From Macrostomum hystrix (taxonomy: Eukaryota > Animalia > Platyhelminthes), in NCBI GenBank assembly GCA_950097015.1, contig CATNEN010000008.1, positions 682,001 through 746,000 on the forward strand: a DNA stretch of 64,000 bases. Direction: 5' to 3'. Both the position numbers and the translations under genes were made by a program. The notes under the pieces were generated by a model, which saw nothing but the letters and a program-made list of their open reading frames with translations, had not been told where the DNA came from and searched no databases. Each line of letters starts with the position of its first letter. Position 1 is the stretch's first letter. This document shows, in pieces, positions 25,551 to 39,143 of this stretch.

Positions 25551-28500
25551 TCTACCCTCTGTGGAGTAGCTTCCATCACAGCCATTAAAACATTCTACTC
25601 TCTGTGGAGTAGCTTCCATCACAGCCATTATAACATTCTACCCTCTGTGGAGTAGCTTCCATCACAGCCATTATAACCTTCTACCCTCTGTGGAGTAGCT
25701 TCCATCACAGCCATTATAACCTTCTACCCTCTGTGGAGTAGCTTCCATCACAGGCATTATAACCTTCTACCCTCTTGGAGTAGCTTCCATCACAGCCATT
25801 ATAACCTTCTACCCTCTGTGGAGTAGCTTCCATCACAGCCATTAAACATTCTACTCTCTGTGGAGTAGCTTCCATCACAGCCATTAAAACATTCTACCCT
25901 CTGTGGAGTAGCTTCCATCACAGCCATTATAACATTCTACCCTCTGTGGAGTAGCTTCCATCACAGCCATTATAACATTCTACCCTCTGTGGAGTAGCTT
26001 CCATCACAGCCATTATAACATTCTACCCTCTGTGGATTAGCTTCCATCACAGCCATTAAAACATTCTACTCTCTGTGGAGTAGCTTCCATCACAGCCATT
26101 ATAACATTCTACCCTCTGTGGAGTAGCTTCCATCACAGTCATTATAACATTCTACCCTCTGTGGAGTAGCTTCCATCACAGCCATTATAACCTTCTACCC
26201 TCTGTGCAGTAGCTTCCATCACAGCCATTATAACACTCTACCCTCTGTGGAGTAGCTTCCATCACAGCCATTATAACATTCTACCCTCTGTGGAGTAGCT
26301 TCCATCACAGCCATTATAACCTTCTACCCTCTGTGGAGTAGCTTCCATCACAGCCATTATAACCTTCTACCCTCTGTGGAGTAGCTTCCATCACAGCCAT
26401 TATAACCTTCTACCCTCTGTGGAGTAGCTTCCATCACAGCCATTATAACCTTCTACCCTCTGTGGAGTAGCTTCCATCACAGCCATTAAAACATTCTACT
26501 CTCTGTAGAGTAGCTTCCATCACAGCCATTAAAACATTCTACTCTCTGTGGAGTAGCTTCCATCACAGCCATTATAACATTCTACCCTCTGTGGAGTAGC
26601 TTCCATCACAGGCATTATAACATTCTACCCTCTGTGGAGTAGCTTCCATCACAGGCATTATAACATTCTACCCTCTGTGGAGTAGCTTCCATCACAGCCA
26701 TTATAACATTCTACCCTCTGTGGAGTAGCTTCCATCACAGCCATTAAAACATTCTACCCTCTGTGGAGTAGCTTCCATCACAGCCATTATAACCTTCTAC
26801 CCTCTGTGCAGTAGCTTCCATCACAGCCATTATAACACTCTACCCTCTGTGGAGTAGCTTCCATCACAGCCATTATAACCTTCTACCCTCTGTGGAGTAG
26901 CTTCCATCACAGCCAATATAACCTTCTACCCTCTGTGGAGTAGCTTCCATCACAGCCATTATAACCTTCTACCCTCTGTGGAGTAGCTTCCATCACAGCC
27001 ATTATAACCTTCTACCCTCTGTGGAGTAGCTTCCATCACAGCCATTAAAACATTCTACTCTCTGTGGAGTAGCTTCCATCACAGCCATTAAAACATTCTA
27101 CTCTCTGTGGAGTAGCTTCCATCACAGCCATTAAAACATTCTACTCTCTGTGGAGTAGCTTCCATCACAGCCATTAAAACATTCTACCCTCTGTGGAGTA
27201 GCTTCCATCACAGCCATTATAACCTTCTACCCTCTGTGGAGTAGCTTCCATCACAGCCATTATAACATTCTACCCTCTGTGGAGTAGCTTCCATCACAGG
27301 CATTATAACATTCTACCCTCTGTGGAGTAGCTTCCATCACAGCCATTAAAACATTCTACTCTCTGTGGAGTAGCTTCCATCACAGCCATTAAAACATTCT
27401 ACTCTCTGTGGAGTAGCTTCCATCACAGCCATTATAACATTCTACCCTCTGTGGAGTAGCTTCCATCACAGCCATTATAACCTTCTACCCTCTGTGGAGT
27501 AGCTTCCATCACAGGCATTATAACATTCTACCCTCTGTGGAGTAGCTTCCATCACAGCCATTATAACCTTCTACCCTCTGTGGAGTAGCTTCCATCACAG
27601 CCATTATAACATTCTACCCTCTGTGAAGTAGCTTCCATCACAGCCATTATAACCTTCTACCCTCTGTGGAGTAGCTTCCATCACAGCCATTATAACATTC
27701 TACCCTCTGTGGAGTAGCTTCCATCACAGTCATTATAACATTCTACCCTCTGTGGAGTAGCTTCCATCACAGCCATTATAACCTTCTACCCTCTGTGCAG
27801 TAGCTTCCATCACAGCCATTATAACCTTCTACCCTCTGTGGAGTAGCTTCCATCACAGCCATTATAACCTTCTACCCTCTGTGGAGTAGCTTCCATCACA
27901 GCCATTATAACCTTCTACCCTCTGTGGAGTAGCTTCCATCACAGCCATTAAAACATTCTACTCTCTGTGGAGTAGCTTCCATCACAGCCATTATAACCTT
28001 CTACCCTCTGTGGAGTAGCTTCCATCACAGCCATTATAAACATTCTACTCTCTGTGGAGTAGCTTCCATCACAGCCATTATAACATTCTACCCTCTGTGG
28101 AGTAGCTTCCATCACAGCCATTATAACCTTCTACCCTCTGTGGAGTAGCTTCCATCACAGGCATTATAACATTCTACCCTCTGTGGAGTAGCTTCCATCA
28201 CAGCCATTATAACCTTCTACCCTCTGTGGAGTAGCTTCCATCACAGGCATTATAACATTCTACCCTCTGTGGAGTAGCTTCCATCACAGCCATTATAACC
28301 TTCTACTCTCTGTGGAGTAGCTTCCATCACAGCCATTATAACATTCTACCCTCTGTGAAGTAGCTTCCATCACAGCCATTATAACCTTCTACCCTCTGTG
28401 GAGTAGCTTCCATCACAGCCATTATAACCTTCTACCCTCTGTGGAGTAGCTTCCATCACAGGCCATTATAACCTTCTACCCTCTGTGGAGTAGCTTCCAT

Positions 28501-28850
28501 CTCAACCTTGATAATCGCTGTCTACCCTACGTGGAGTAGCTTCCATCACAGCCATTATAACCTTCTACCCTCTGTGGAGTAGCTTCCATCACAGCCATTA
28601 TAACATTCTACCCTCTGTGGAGTAGCTTCCATCACAGGCATTATAACATTCTACCCTCTGTGGAGTAGCTTCCATCTCAACCTTGATAATCGCTGTCTAC
28701 CCTACGTGGAGTAGCTTCCATCACAGCCTTGATAATTAGTGTCTACCCTCTGTGGAGTAGCTTCCATCACAGCCTTGATAATTACTGTCTACCCTCTGTG
28801 GAGTAGCTTCCATCTACATCCTTGATAATCGCTGTCTACTCCACGGAGAA
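25551..28850. repeat. 43-bp minisatellite (ctaccctctgtggagtagcttccatcacagccattataacctt)n, ~76 copies
   Basis: Direct tandem repetition with minor variants; no unique spacers. Confidence 0.97.
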
Positions 28851-29376
28851 GCTTTCATGAAACTTTCTACCTAAAGCAATTTCATGCGATCCGATTGAGA
28901 TCAGATTATATGATTTTGCTTTTTGCCTGCAGCACTGTGGCCCTATATTAACACCTACAGCTTTTAATGTTTCATCTGTAGACTATTGTCAGTAGCAGTC
29001 ACTCCCGTTAATAAGTGTCACTGAATTCTGTTTCAGCATCCTCCCTGCGCCACTTCCGGCCTCAAATAGACCCGTGTAATGTTTAATAAGCCCAATCAAA
29101 TACGGATAGAAGTACACAGGTTATAGGTGACTGCTGGCTGTGTGAGGTGCGACCGTGCCGAGTTCTGAGAGAGACTGGTAGATGAGATTCGATTCGATAA
29201 AGAGAGATAGATTCTGCAAGTATTCTCCAATTGGTCAATTCGCTTAGCCAATAGGAAGTGAGATGTGAGTTCTGTAGTCATGAAGCCAGTAAACTGCACG
29301 GATGTTTATATCAAAGATAGTAAATCACAGAAAGTTTTTTTAACTTAGAAAAAGTGAACTGATTACATTTGAAAAT

Positions 29377-29750
29377 ATGGCGTTTCTGTTGCCATTTTTA
29401 TTGTTGCTATGGCAACAGCCTCCAATCTGTCACTGTCTGCTTCATCGGAGCTGCACAGAAGAGCTGAACCTGTACGTGGTAGTTCCCAGATCCACCGCCT
29501 ATTTCGTGAATGCCGCCCTGATTGAACCGGCTTACAGGTTGGGCTGGCAGGTTGTGAGGCGGAAACGGGCCGATCTGCACCCGTTGCTAACGGGAAACCG
29601 GGTCAAGCACACCTTCATATTCGAGGATGTCAAATGGTACGAGAAGGTGCTGGCCGGTCTAGCGAAAGACTGGCCAGCTGAGCTCGAGACCGTGGATCCC
29701 TACTATCTCAATTATAGGATGAACGCCTACTTCTACAATGTGTCCGTGGG
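29377..29750 (+). CDS. Receptor guanylyl cyclase variable cassette A, exon 1 (signal peptide + start of ANF-receptor-type ectodomain)
   Basis: MAFLLPFLLLLW signal, LNLYVVVP beta-strand/helix start typical of the NPR ectodomain; donor GG|gtgagc at 29751 (phase 2) matches the phase-2 acceptor at 36667. Confidence 0.78.
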
Positions 29751-29789
29751 GTGAGCTGGTTTGGCGCATTGCTTTTACTTGCTTTCTGG

Positions 29790-30525
29790 CAGAGAGAGGG
29801 AAGATAAGAGAGTGAGGGAAGATAAGAGAGTGAGGGTTAGATAAGAGAGTGAGGGAAGATAAGAGAGTGAGGGAAGATAAGAGAGTGAGGGTTGATAAGA
29901 GAGTGAGGGAAGATAAGAGAGTGAGGGAAGATAAGAGAGTGAGGGAAGATAAGAGAGTGAGAGAAAGATAAGAGAGTGAGAGAAGATAAGAGAGTGAGGG
30001 AAGATAAGAGAGTGAGGGAAGATAAGAGAGTGAGGGAAGATAAGAGAGTGAGGGAAGATAAGAGAGTGAGGGAAGATAAGAGAGTGAGGGAAGATAAGAG
30101 AGTGAGGGAAGATAAGAGAGTGAGGGAAGATAAGAGAGTGAGGGAAGATAAGAGAGTGAGAGAAGATAAGAGAGTGAGGGAAGATAAGAGAGTGAGGGAA
30201 GATAAGAGAGTGAGGGAAGATATGAGAGTGAGGGTTGATAAGAGAGTGAGGGAAGATAAGAGAGTGAGGGAAGATATGAGAGTGAGGGAAGATAAGAGAG
30301 TGAGGGAAGATATGAGAGTGAGGGTTGATAAGAGAGTGAGGGAAGATAAGAGAGTGAGGGAAGATAAGAGAGTGAGGGAAGATAAGAGAGTGAGGGAAGA
30401 TAAGAGAGTGAGAGAAGATAAGAGAGTGAGGGAAGATAAGAGAGTGAGAGAAGATAAGAGAGTGAGGGAAGATAAGAGAGTGAGGGAAGATAAGAGAGTG
30501 AGGGAAGATAAGAGAGTGAGGGAAG
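29790..30525. repeat. 18-bp purine minisatellite (gagagtgagggaagataa)n
   Basis: Tandem repetition; source of the REDKRV ORF. Confidence 0.95.
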
Positions 30526-31006
30526 GTGTGCAGATAGTGGGGAAGGTGGGAGAGAGTGAGGACAGGTTGCAGAGTGTGAGAGTATTTTTTTGTGCTGGAG
30601 AGTAGAGAGTTCAAATTGTTTTAAATCGATTTGTAAATATATATATGGTTACTTTTTTGAAGCACAAAGGCAGTGTATATTTAACAGTGCATACTGTTGT
30701 TTTTTAAGTGTACTCGCCGCAATAGTTACTAATGTTACTATGGTGATAAGATACGAGTAACAACAATTAAATTTCTAAACTGGCTGGCTAGCTGAGTTCT
30801 GTAGTGAGGGGATTATTTGCCTGATTGGCATTCTGGTGCAGAGACCCCCAGTCACAGGCGGTCCACAGTTGAAATTGGACCGATCTATCAAAGAGACCGA
30901 TTCGAGCTTGGGTCAGAGGCGCAAACTAAAAGAATTGTAGCTAAATTTGTAGCCATATTTTATTTAACGGTAGGACTACCAAGCCATTTTGCCGCCCGTT
31001 TTTATA

Positions 31007-31552
31007 CCAAGGGGGGGATTTCCCCCCTGACAATTTTTTTTGGCAGCGCCCGAATGCCAACAGCGTTGGGTGGTGACTGATTGGTTGACAGACTAGGCGA
31101 TGGTGTCCTGTGGTTGAGCTGCGCCTAATATTTTGGCTTGAGCATTGAAATTTGAGAAATTCGCGTCAGGGTGTCCATAGTAGCTTAGTTCCACCTGTTG
31201 TAGCCCTTGAAGGTCCAGCAGTCTGTCTAGATAAAGGTAGGTGACCACCGAAGACGGAGATGATGCAGGAACACTCGGGTGACATGCTGATAAATTATGA
31301 AGGCCTGGCAAGGCCGCACTGAGGCGCAGTGCAAATTCGTGTATAGGGGTGTATGAAATACACTAGCTCTTATGGGAAAAATCTGACCTTCGGCCAGAAA
31401 CATTGAATATCTCGACGGTCTGAAGAGCTGGCGACTTGTTTCTTGTCTCAGAAGATGCGCAACACAAAGTTGGCCCGTGTTCTTGAGTTTCGTGTGCTTG
31501 CATTGTTCCGTTCGGGTGCAGCAAAACAAAATTGTCAGGGGCCCCCCCTTGG
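31007..31552. mobile_element. Non-autonomous DNA transposon/MITE (~546 bp) with ~45-bp terminal inverted repeats and TA/TATA flanks
   Basis: Left tata|ccaagggggggatttcccccctgacaattttttttggcagcgcccgaa; right ttcgggtgcagcaaaacaaaattgtcaggggcccccccttgg|tata. Confidence 0.78.
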
Positions 31553-32833
31553 TATACTTCTACTGTTAAAGTACAGTTTATCAATGAGCGGCAGAGTTTT
31601 ATGCAAAGCTTTCATACGACCTTTGCCACAATTAGCATTAGGGCGTATATTACACACATCAAGAAATATTGTTCTAGCAAGATTGGCTGATCGATCTTTT
31701 CGTTCAAAAAAGTTTAATATTTTGCTTATACGCTCGTATGTAACGATAAATGTACATCCGGTGAGTGGGAAATAATGGAAGTGATGTACTACGTAGAATT
31801 AGAGAAATAAAATTAATTTGCTACTTCTGTTGAATTTAGTTGTTGCTATTTTTAGAACATTCAGTTTAGAAGCCTACTTATCTAACCACCCCAAACCCCA
31901 AGCGCGTGACTCGTAAATTCAGCCAATAAAGTTTTTCAGCAAGAACAACCACCTCACTCCATATATCGATCGCAAAGCTAGCTTGCTTAAAAATTGTTAC
32001 TATCTAGCTTGCTTAGAGCTAAAAGCTTAGCTTAAAGCTAGCTTGCTTAAAAATTTTTACTATCTAAAAGACTCATACTGCTATTAACGAAATTTCATAT
32101 ATGTTTATCGTCTCTAAAAGTCTAAAGAAAAGAACGTCAGTAACATACGGCTGTGATGTATAACTATAATATATTTGTTTGCTTTCGGATTTACGCGCAA
32201 GAATGGCGGACGCAGGCAAATAGAGAAAGAAAATGGACGACACTAGGCTGTTATACACGCTCATGGCCATCTGTACACAATCTAAGTCCACTCTCTCTCT
32301 TCTATTTTAACTTGACCAAGATTTCTTTGACTGCGTTCCTCTTTAAACAAGCAAATTAGTTGTCTGAGCAGAGCTGGGCCGGAGGCCTGGATATAATCAA
32401 ATAAATCAGAGCTGCACAAAATGAAGTCGAACCGCTAAACAAGAGGCATGTTGTCTTCCGACTTCCCTTGGCTCCTTCATCGATCGTACGGAAGCGCGAG
32501 TTTGTCTCTTGCATCTTTATTCCGAGTCTTCACTCACTGCAGATCGCACTATATATTTTTAGCCCATACTTCTCTCGCCTGCAGTCACTATAATGTCTCG
32601 AGGCAGTGTAGGCTGAGGGAGGGGGGCATTGCGTGACTTCCGCGTCAAGAGATCCATGCGATTCCTACCTGAGCAGACTCAAACTAGCTCTAGCAACTGC
32701 TAAACAGACAGCTGAGAAAAATCTGCATGTATATATATGCATTACTGATTCTGCGAATGATCAATGAATTCGAGAAATGCTGCCACATCAGAGCTGTTGA
32801 TCTATTTCTGACACCTTTGATCAGCTGACTTTA

Positions 32834-33300
32834 CTCATTCCATTCGACGCATCGCTCATTCCATTCGACGCATCGCTCATTCCATTCGACGCATCGCTCA
32901 TTCCATTCGACGCATCGCTCATTCGATTCGACGCATCGCTCATTCCATTCGACGCATCGCTCATTCCATTCGACGCATCGCTCATTCCATTCGACGCATC
33001 GCTCATTCCATTCGACGCATCGCTCATTCGATTCGACGCATCGCTCATTCCATTCGACGCATCGCTCATTCCATTCGACGCATCGCTCATTCCATTCGAC
33101 GCATCGCTCATTCCATTCGACGCATCGCTCATTCCATTCGACGCATCGCTCATTCGATTCGACGCATCGCTCATTCGATTCGACGCATCGCTCATTCGAT
33201 TCGACGCATCGCTCATTCGATTCGACGCATCGCTCATTCGATTCGACGCATCGCTCATTCCATTCGACGCATCGCTCATTCGATTCGACGCATCGCTCAT
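32834..33300. repeat. 21-bp minisatellite (ctcattccattcgacgcatcg)n
   Basis: Tandem repetition. Confidence 0.95.
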
Positions 33301-33309
33301 TCTCATTCC

Positions 33310-33500
33310 AAAGGAAAGAGATGAGACAGTGGAGAAACGAGACAGGGGAGAGATGAGACAGTGGAGAAACGAGACAGGGGAGAGATGAGGCAGGGGAGAG
33401 ATGAGACAGTGGAGAAACGAGACAGGGGAGAGATGAGACAGGGGAGAGATGAGACAGGGGAGAGATGAGACAGGGGAGAGATGAGACAAGGGAGAGATGG
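33310..33500. repeat. 16-bp minisatellite (gagatgagacagggga)n
   Basis: Tandem repetition; reverse complement of the 15838-16156 unit. Confidence 0.85.
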
Positions 33501-33704
33501 GACTCTCCATCTCCAGATAAGAGAGGAGACAGGAGAAAGATAAGACAGGATACTGTTTGTGTTGGAAGATGGCAACGGGCCAGATTTGGGAGCTTCGAGG
33601 GCCGCATCTGGCCCCCCCGACCCGACCCTTGCCGACCCCAGCTTGGGACAGTTCGTAACGAATGAATTTAGAAGAACATATTGAAAAGTAAAAAAGTGCA
33701 CAGA

Positions 33705-35210
33705 GATGATGCTGGTTAGTGCTGAATGATGCTGGTTAGTGCTGGATGATGCTGGTTAGTGCTGGATGATACTGGTTAGTGCTGAATGATGCTGGTTAGT
33801 GCTGAATGATGCTGGTTAGTGCTGGATAATGCTGGTTAGTGCTGAATGATGCTGGTTAGTGCTGGATAATGCTGGTTAGTGCTGAATGATGCTGGTTAGT
33901 GCTGAATGATGCTGGTTAGTGCTGGATGATGCTGGTTAGTGCTGGATGATGCTGGTTAGTGCTGAATGATGCTGGTTAGTGCTGAATGATGCTGGTTAGT
34001 GCTGGATGATGCTGGTTAGTGCTGGATGATGCTGGTTAGTGCTGGATGATGCTGGTTAGTGCTGAATGATGCTGGTTAGTGCTGGATGATGCTGGTTAGT
34101 GCTGGATGATGCTGGTTAGTGCTGGAATGATGCTGGTTAGTGCTGGATGATGCTGGTTAGTGCTGGATGATGCTGGTTAGTGCTGGATGATGCTGGTTAG
34201 TGCTGAATGATGCTGGTTAGTGCTGGATGATGCTGGTTAGTGCTGAATGATGCTGGTTAGTGCTGAATGATGCTGGTTAGTGCTGGATGATGCTGGTTAG
34301 TGCTGGATGATGCTGGTTTAGTGCTGAATGATGCTGGTTAGTGCTGGATGATGCTGGTTAGTGCTGGATGATGCTGGTTAGTGCTGGATGATGCTGGTTA
34401 GTGCTGAATGATGCTGGTTAGTGCTGGATGATGATGGTTAGTGCTGGATGATGATGGTTAGTGCTGGATGATGATGGTTAGTGCTGGATGATGCTGGTTA
34501 GTGCTGGATGATGCTGGTTAGTGCTGGATGATGATGGTTAGTGCTGGATGATGATGGTTAGTGCTGGATGATGCTGGTTAGTGCTGGATGATGCTGGTAG
34601 TGCTGAATGATGCTGGTTAGTGCTGAATGATGCTGGTTAGTGCTGGATGATGCTGGTTAGTGCTGGATGATGCTGGTTAGTGCTGGATGATGCTGGTTAG
34701 TGCTGAATGATGCTGGTTAGTGCTGGATGATGATGGTTAGTGCTGGATGATGATGGTTAGTGCTGGATGATGCTGGTTAGTGCTGGATGATGCTGGTTAG
34801 TGCTGAATGATGCTGGTTAGTGCTGAATGATGCTGGTTAGTGCTGGATGATGCTGGTTAGTGCTGGATGATGCTGGTTAGTGCTGGATGATGCTGGTTAG
34901 TGCTGAATGATGCTGGTTAGTGCTGGATGATGATGGTTAGTGCTGGATGATGCTGGTTAGTGCTGGATGATGCTGGTTAGTGCTGAATGATGCTGGTTAG
35001 TGCTGATGATGCTGGTTAGTGCTGGATGATGCTGGTTAGTGCTGGATGATGCTGGTTAGTGCTGGATGATGCTGGTTAGTGCTGAATGATGCTGGTTAGT
35101 GCTGAATGATGATGGTTAGTGCTGGATGATGCTGGTTAGTGCTGGATGATGATGGTTAGTGCTGGATGATGCTGGTTAGTGCTGGATGATGCTGGTTAGT
35201 GCTGGATGAC
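33705..35210. repeat. 20-bp minisatellite (gatgctggttagtgctg[g/a]at)n, ~75 copies
   Basis: Tandem repetition. Confidence 0.97.
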
Positions 35211-35704
35211 TGGGTAATCCTGCATGACTGGGTAATGCTGGGTGATTTCGGTTCGTGCTGGAGTGTCTAAATGAATGTAAGATAACTTCAGTGGCATTTT
35301 CAGTTAAATTAATGATTATCAGTTATTACAGTCTCATTGTGGCGTTCACATATTTGCATGAGAAGAATTTCTTTCAATAAAGGATTTCTACTCAACTCCA
35401 CCTCACACACTGCTCAGCAAGAAGCCAAATTACAGCTCCGCGTGTGCTTATGGGGGTTATTAGAGTCATTCCTTTCACCCTCTGAGCTCATTGTCTCACC
35501 TGCCTGTAATTATTGACCGCCTCTGACAAAGCCGATAAGAATGAAAGTAGAACACATAGCGATAGTCTATTTTTATAACCTACTTTTTTTCTATTTTTAA
35601 AACAAGAATTGAATGCCGAAAAAAGGAAAATTAGTTCAACCCTGTAGTTAAAAATAAGACAGCAAGCAAAAATTCCTGCCATCGATGCACATAAATACAC
35701 ATTG

Positions 35705-36570
35705 GGTGAGACAGGGAGAGATGGGGTGAGACAGGGAGAGATGGGGAGAGACAGGGAGAAATGGGGAGAGACAGGGAGAGATGGGGAGAGACAGGGAGAG
35801 ATGGGGAGAGACAGGGAGAAATGGGGGGAAGACAGGGAGAGATGGGGAGAGACAGGGAGAGACAGGGAGAGATGGGGAGAGACAGGGAGAAATGGGGGGA
35901 AGACAGGGAGAGACATGGAGAGATGGGGAAGACTGGGAGAGACAGGGATGGACAAGGAGAGATGGGGAGAAACAGGGAGGGACAAGGAGAGATGGGGAGA
36001 GACAGGGAGAGATGGGGGAAGACAGGGAGAGATGGGGGAAGACAGGGAGAGATGGGGGAAGACAGGGATAGATGGGGAGAGACAGGGAGAGATGGGGAGA
36101 GACAGGGAGAGATGGGGAGAGACAGGGAGAAATGGGGGGAAGACAGGGAGAGACAAGGAGAGATGGGGAAGACTGGGAGAGACAGGGATGGACAAGGAGA
36201 GATGGGGAGAAACAGGGAGGGACAAGGAGAGATGGGGAGAGACAGGGAGAGATGGGGGAAGACAGGGAGAGATGGGGGAAGACAGGGAGAGATGGGGGAA
36301 GACAGGGAGAGATGGGGGAAGACAGGGAGAGATGGGGGGAAGACAGGGATAGATGGGGAGAGACAGGGAGAGATGGGGTGAGACAGGGAGAGATGGGGAG
36401 AGACAGGGAGAGACAAGGAGAGACAGGGAGAGACAAGGAGAGATGGGGAGAGACAGGGAGAGACAAGGAGAGATGGGGAGAGACAGGGAGAGACAAGGAG
36501 AGACAGGGAGAGACAGGGAGAGATGGGGAGAGACAGGGAGAGACAAGGAGAGATGGGGAGAGACAGTGAG
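35705..36570. repeat. Purine-rich 10/20-bp repeat (gagacagggagagatgggga)n
   Basis: Tandem repetition. Confidence 0.93.
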
Positions 36571-36666
36571 AGTCTGGGTAATTTGAGAGAGATGCTGATT
36601 TAGAAAGCATCTGACAGCAGCCCTTCAGTTTCTGCCACCACCGCACCACCCCCGTCAATGCCACAG

Positions 36667-37082
36667 GCGCCTGTGCATCCACGCCTTCTTCGGGCCCGTG
36701 TCGGACTACTCGGTGACGCAGTTCCTGCCGTTCACCTTCCACAACCAGATCCCGCTGATCACACCGGGCGCCATTCACCGGGCATTCGGCAGCAAGAGTG
36801 GAGGCTCCCTGACTCGGGTAGCACCGCTGCTGGTGCAGGATCTCGGCAGCGTCATCGAGTCCCTGATGCTGAAGTACAGCTGGCGCAGGGTTGCTGTGCT
36901 CTATAACGAGCCCAACTACCGCCCGAGGGGCGACTTGCCCAGCAGCCCGGCTCCTGGCCAGAAGCTGCTCATCTGGTGCACCGGCGAGTCAAAATTAGCC
37001 GGCATCGACTGCGTCTTCGAGGTGGCCGCCTCTGCCACTCTCGTCACCACGCTGAAGCAAAAGATTGGCCTGACTCGGGCCT
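36667..37082 (+). CDS. Receptor guanylyl cyclase variable cassette A, exon 2
   Basis: ccacag|G CGC...: RLCIHAFFGPVSDYSV...IPLITPGA...SLTRVAP...YSWRRVAVLY (AFFGP, PLIT.GA, LTRV.P and W..V.VLY are NPR ectodomain motifs); donor T|gtaagt at 37083 (phase 1). Confidence 0.88.
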
Positions 37083-37088
37083 GTAAGT

Positions 37089-37361
37089 TTGAGGTAGACA
37101 ACTGTGGTAGGTTGTGCGGCTCGTGAGGTAGACAACTGTGGTAGGTTATGCGGCTAGTGAGGTAGACAACTGTGGTAGGTTGTGCGGCTCGTGAGGTAGA
37201 CAACTGTGGTAGGTTATGCGGCTAGTGAGGTAGACAACTGTGGTAGGTTATGCGGCTAGTGAGGTAGACAACTGTGGTAGGTTATGCGGCTAGTGAGGTA
37301 GACAACTGTGGTAGGTTGTGCGGCTAGTGAGGTAGACAACTGTGGTAGGTTGTGCGGCTAG
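37089..37361. repeat. 34-bp minisatellite (gaggtagacaactgtggtaggtt[a/g]tgcggct[a/c]gt)n starting 6 nt after the donor
   Basis: Period 34 (37141, 37175). Confidence 0.92.
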
Positions 37362-37554
37362 GGAGACTGGAACTGTATTGTTTGCGTTTTGGCAGAACAT
37401 CTAACCTTAATTGTTCAGAATGAACTACTTGAAGTAGAATCTAAAACTGTTATCAAGTGAGACAGAACTCGTACTATTTCCTAGTATTATTCTTCTTTTT
37501 TAAGTACTATTTGTTGTATTAATTATTGAAAGAAAATATCAGTATTTCCCTGTA

Positions 37555-37975
37555 TAAGACGTTCGATTTCCCTGGTCTAAAAAGCTCCATTTTCCTGTCT
37601 AACACGTCAGACTTCCGTGTCTAACATGCTGACTTTCCCTTCTAACACGCTGGATTGCCCTATCCAACACGTCGGATTTCCCTGTCGAACACGTCGGGTT
37701 TTCCTGTCTAACACGTCGGATTTCCCTGTCTAACACGTTGGATTTCCCTGTCTAACACGTCGGATTTTCCTGTCTAACACGTCGGATTTCCCTGTTGAAC
37801 ATATCGGATTTACATGTCTAACACGTCGGATTTCCCTGTCTAACACGTCGGATTTCCCTGTCTAACACGTCGGATTTCCCTGTCGAACACATCGGATTTC
37901 CCTGTCTAACACGTCGGATTTCCCTGTCTAACACGTCGGATTTCCCTGTTGAACACATCGGATTTATATGTCTAA
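37555..37975. repeat. 22-bp minisatellite (ctaacacgtcggatttccctgt)n
   Basis: Tandem repetition, degenerate at the 5' end. Confidence 0.88.
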
Positions 37976-38309
37976 CTGTAATGAGTTGTTAAAAACACAT
38001 TAGGGTTTATCATAGATTTCTCATGAACTCATTATTGAATCCTTCAATCATTTCGTATATTAGTATTTAGCTCGCTAGACAAACTCAGTGACTATTAAAA
38101 AGTGTGACCAATTGCGCAGAATGCAATATTCGAGATTCGAGAATAAAATCACTAATAAATTAGTAATCAACTTCCACTGAAAAATCCTGCTCACCTGCTC
38201 TCTCAGTGCTACGCAGTTTCTATGACCTACTCAAACTCAGTGAGTCTATTTTCTGCAATTTCTCTACAGGACTAATGTAGATTTTTTCGCTTTGCCCTCG
38301 ATTCCACAG

Positions 38310-38333
38310 TCGTGTCTGCAGATAACAGCCAGA
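38310..38333 (+). CDS. Putative 24-nt phase-1/phase-1 micro-exon completing cassette A (xVSADNSQ + A of Ile)
   Basis: Branch-point-like gactaat (38270-38276), pyrimidine tract ttttttcgctttgccctcgattccacag, donor A|gtatgg at 38334; frame-preserving. Confidence 0.4.
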
Positions 38334-38544
38334 GTATGGTTGGGTTCATGCTTTGCTATTATTATCTAAATCAAAAAATCAACAAGAGTTATATTCGCAC
38401 TAAGAGCTGCTCATTTCGACATTGCGAAGCCAACAAAAAGTTATTCAAATTTAAGTTAAAATTTCATTAGAAAAAGTGCTAAAATATGCATTTTGATATG
38501 CTTTAGCTAGGCTAAAGTATACTTCACTCGCTTGTCTATCGAAT

Positions 38545-39143
38545 GGTCTACTAATCCATGCTTACTCATTCATCTATGAGATAGATTAGCAATCCATGCT
38601 ACTCATTCATCGATGAGATAGATTAGCAATCCATGCTACTCATTCATCTATGAGATAGATTAGCAATCCATGCTACTCATTCATCTATGAGATAGATAAG
38701 CAATCCATGCTACTCATTCATCTATGAGATAGATTAGCAATCCATGGTACTCATTTATCTATGAGATAGATTAGCAATCCATGGTACTCATTCATCTATG
38801 AGATAGATTAGCAATCCATGCTACTCATTTATCTATGAGATAGATTAGCAATCCATGCTACTCATTCATCTATGAGATAGATTAGCAATCCATGCTACTC
38901 ATTCATCCATGAGACAGATTAGCAATCCATGCTACTCATGCATCTATGAGATAGATTAGCAATCCATGCTACTCATTCATCTATGAGATAGATTAGCAAT
39001 CCATGCTACTCATTCATCTATGAGATAGATTAGCAATCCATGCTACTCATGCATCTATGAGATAGATTAGCAATCCATGCTACTCATTCATCTATGAGAT
39101 AGATTAGCAATCCATGCTACTCATTCATCTATGAGATAGATTA
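38545..39143. repeat. 37-bp minisatellite (ctactcattcatctatgagatagattagcaatccatg)n
   Basis: Period 37 (38581, 38618). Confidence 0.95.

Noticed and set aside
25551-28850. 43-bp partially palindromic repeat array resembling CRISPR
   Set aside because: Units are contiguous with no unique spacers, there are no cas genes, and the context is eukaryotic; it is an ordinary minisatellite.
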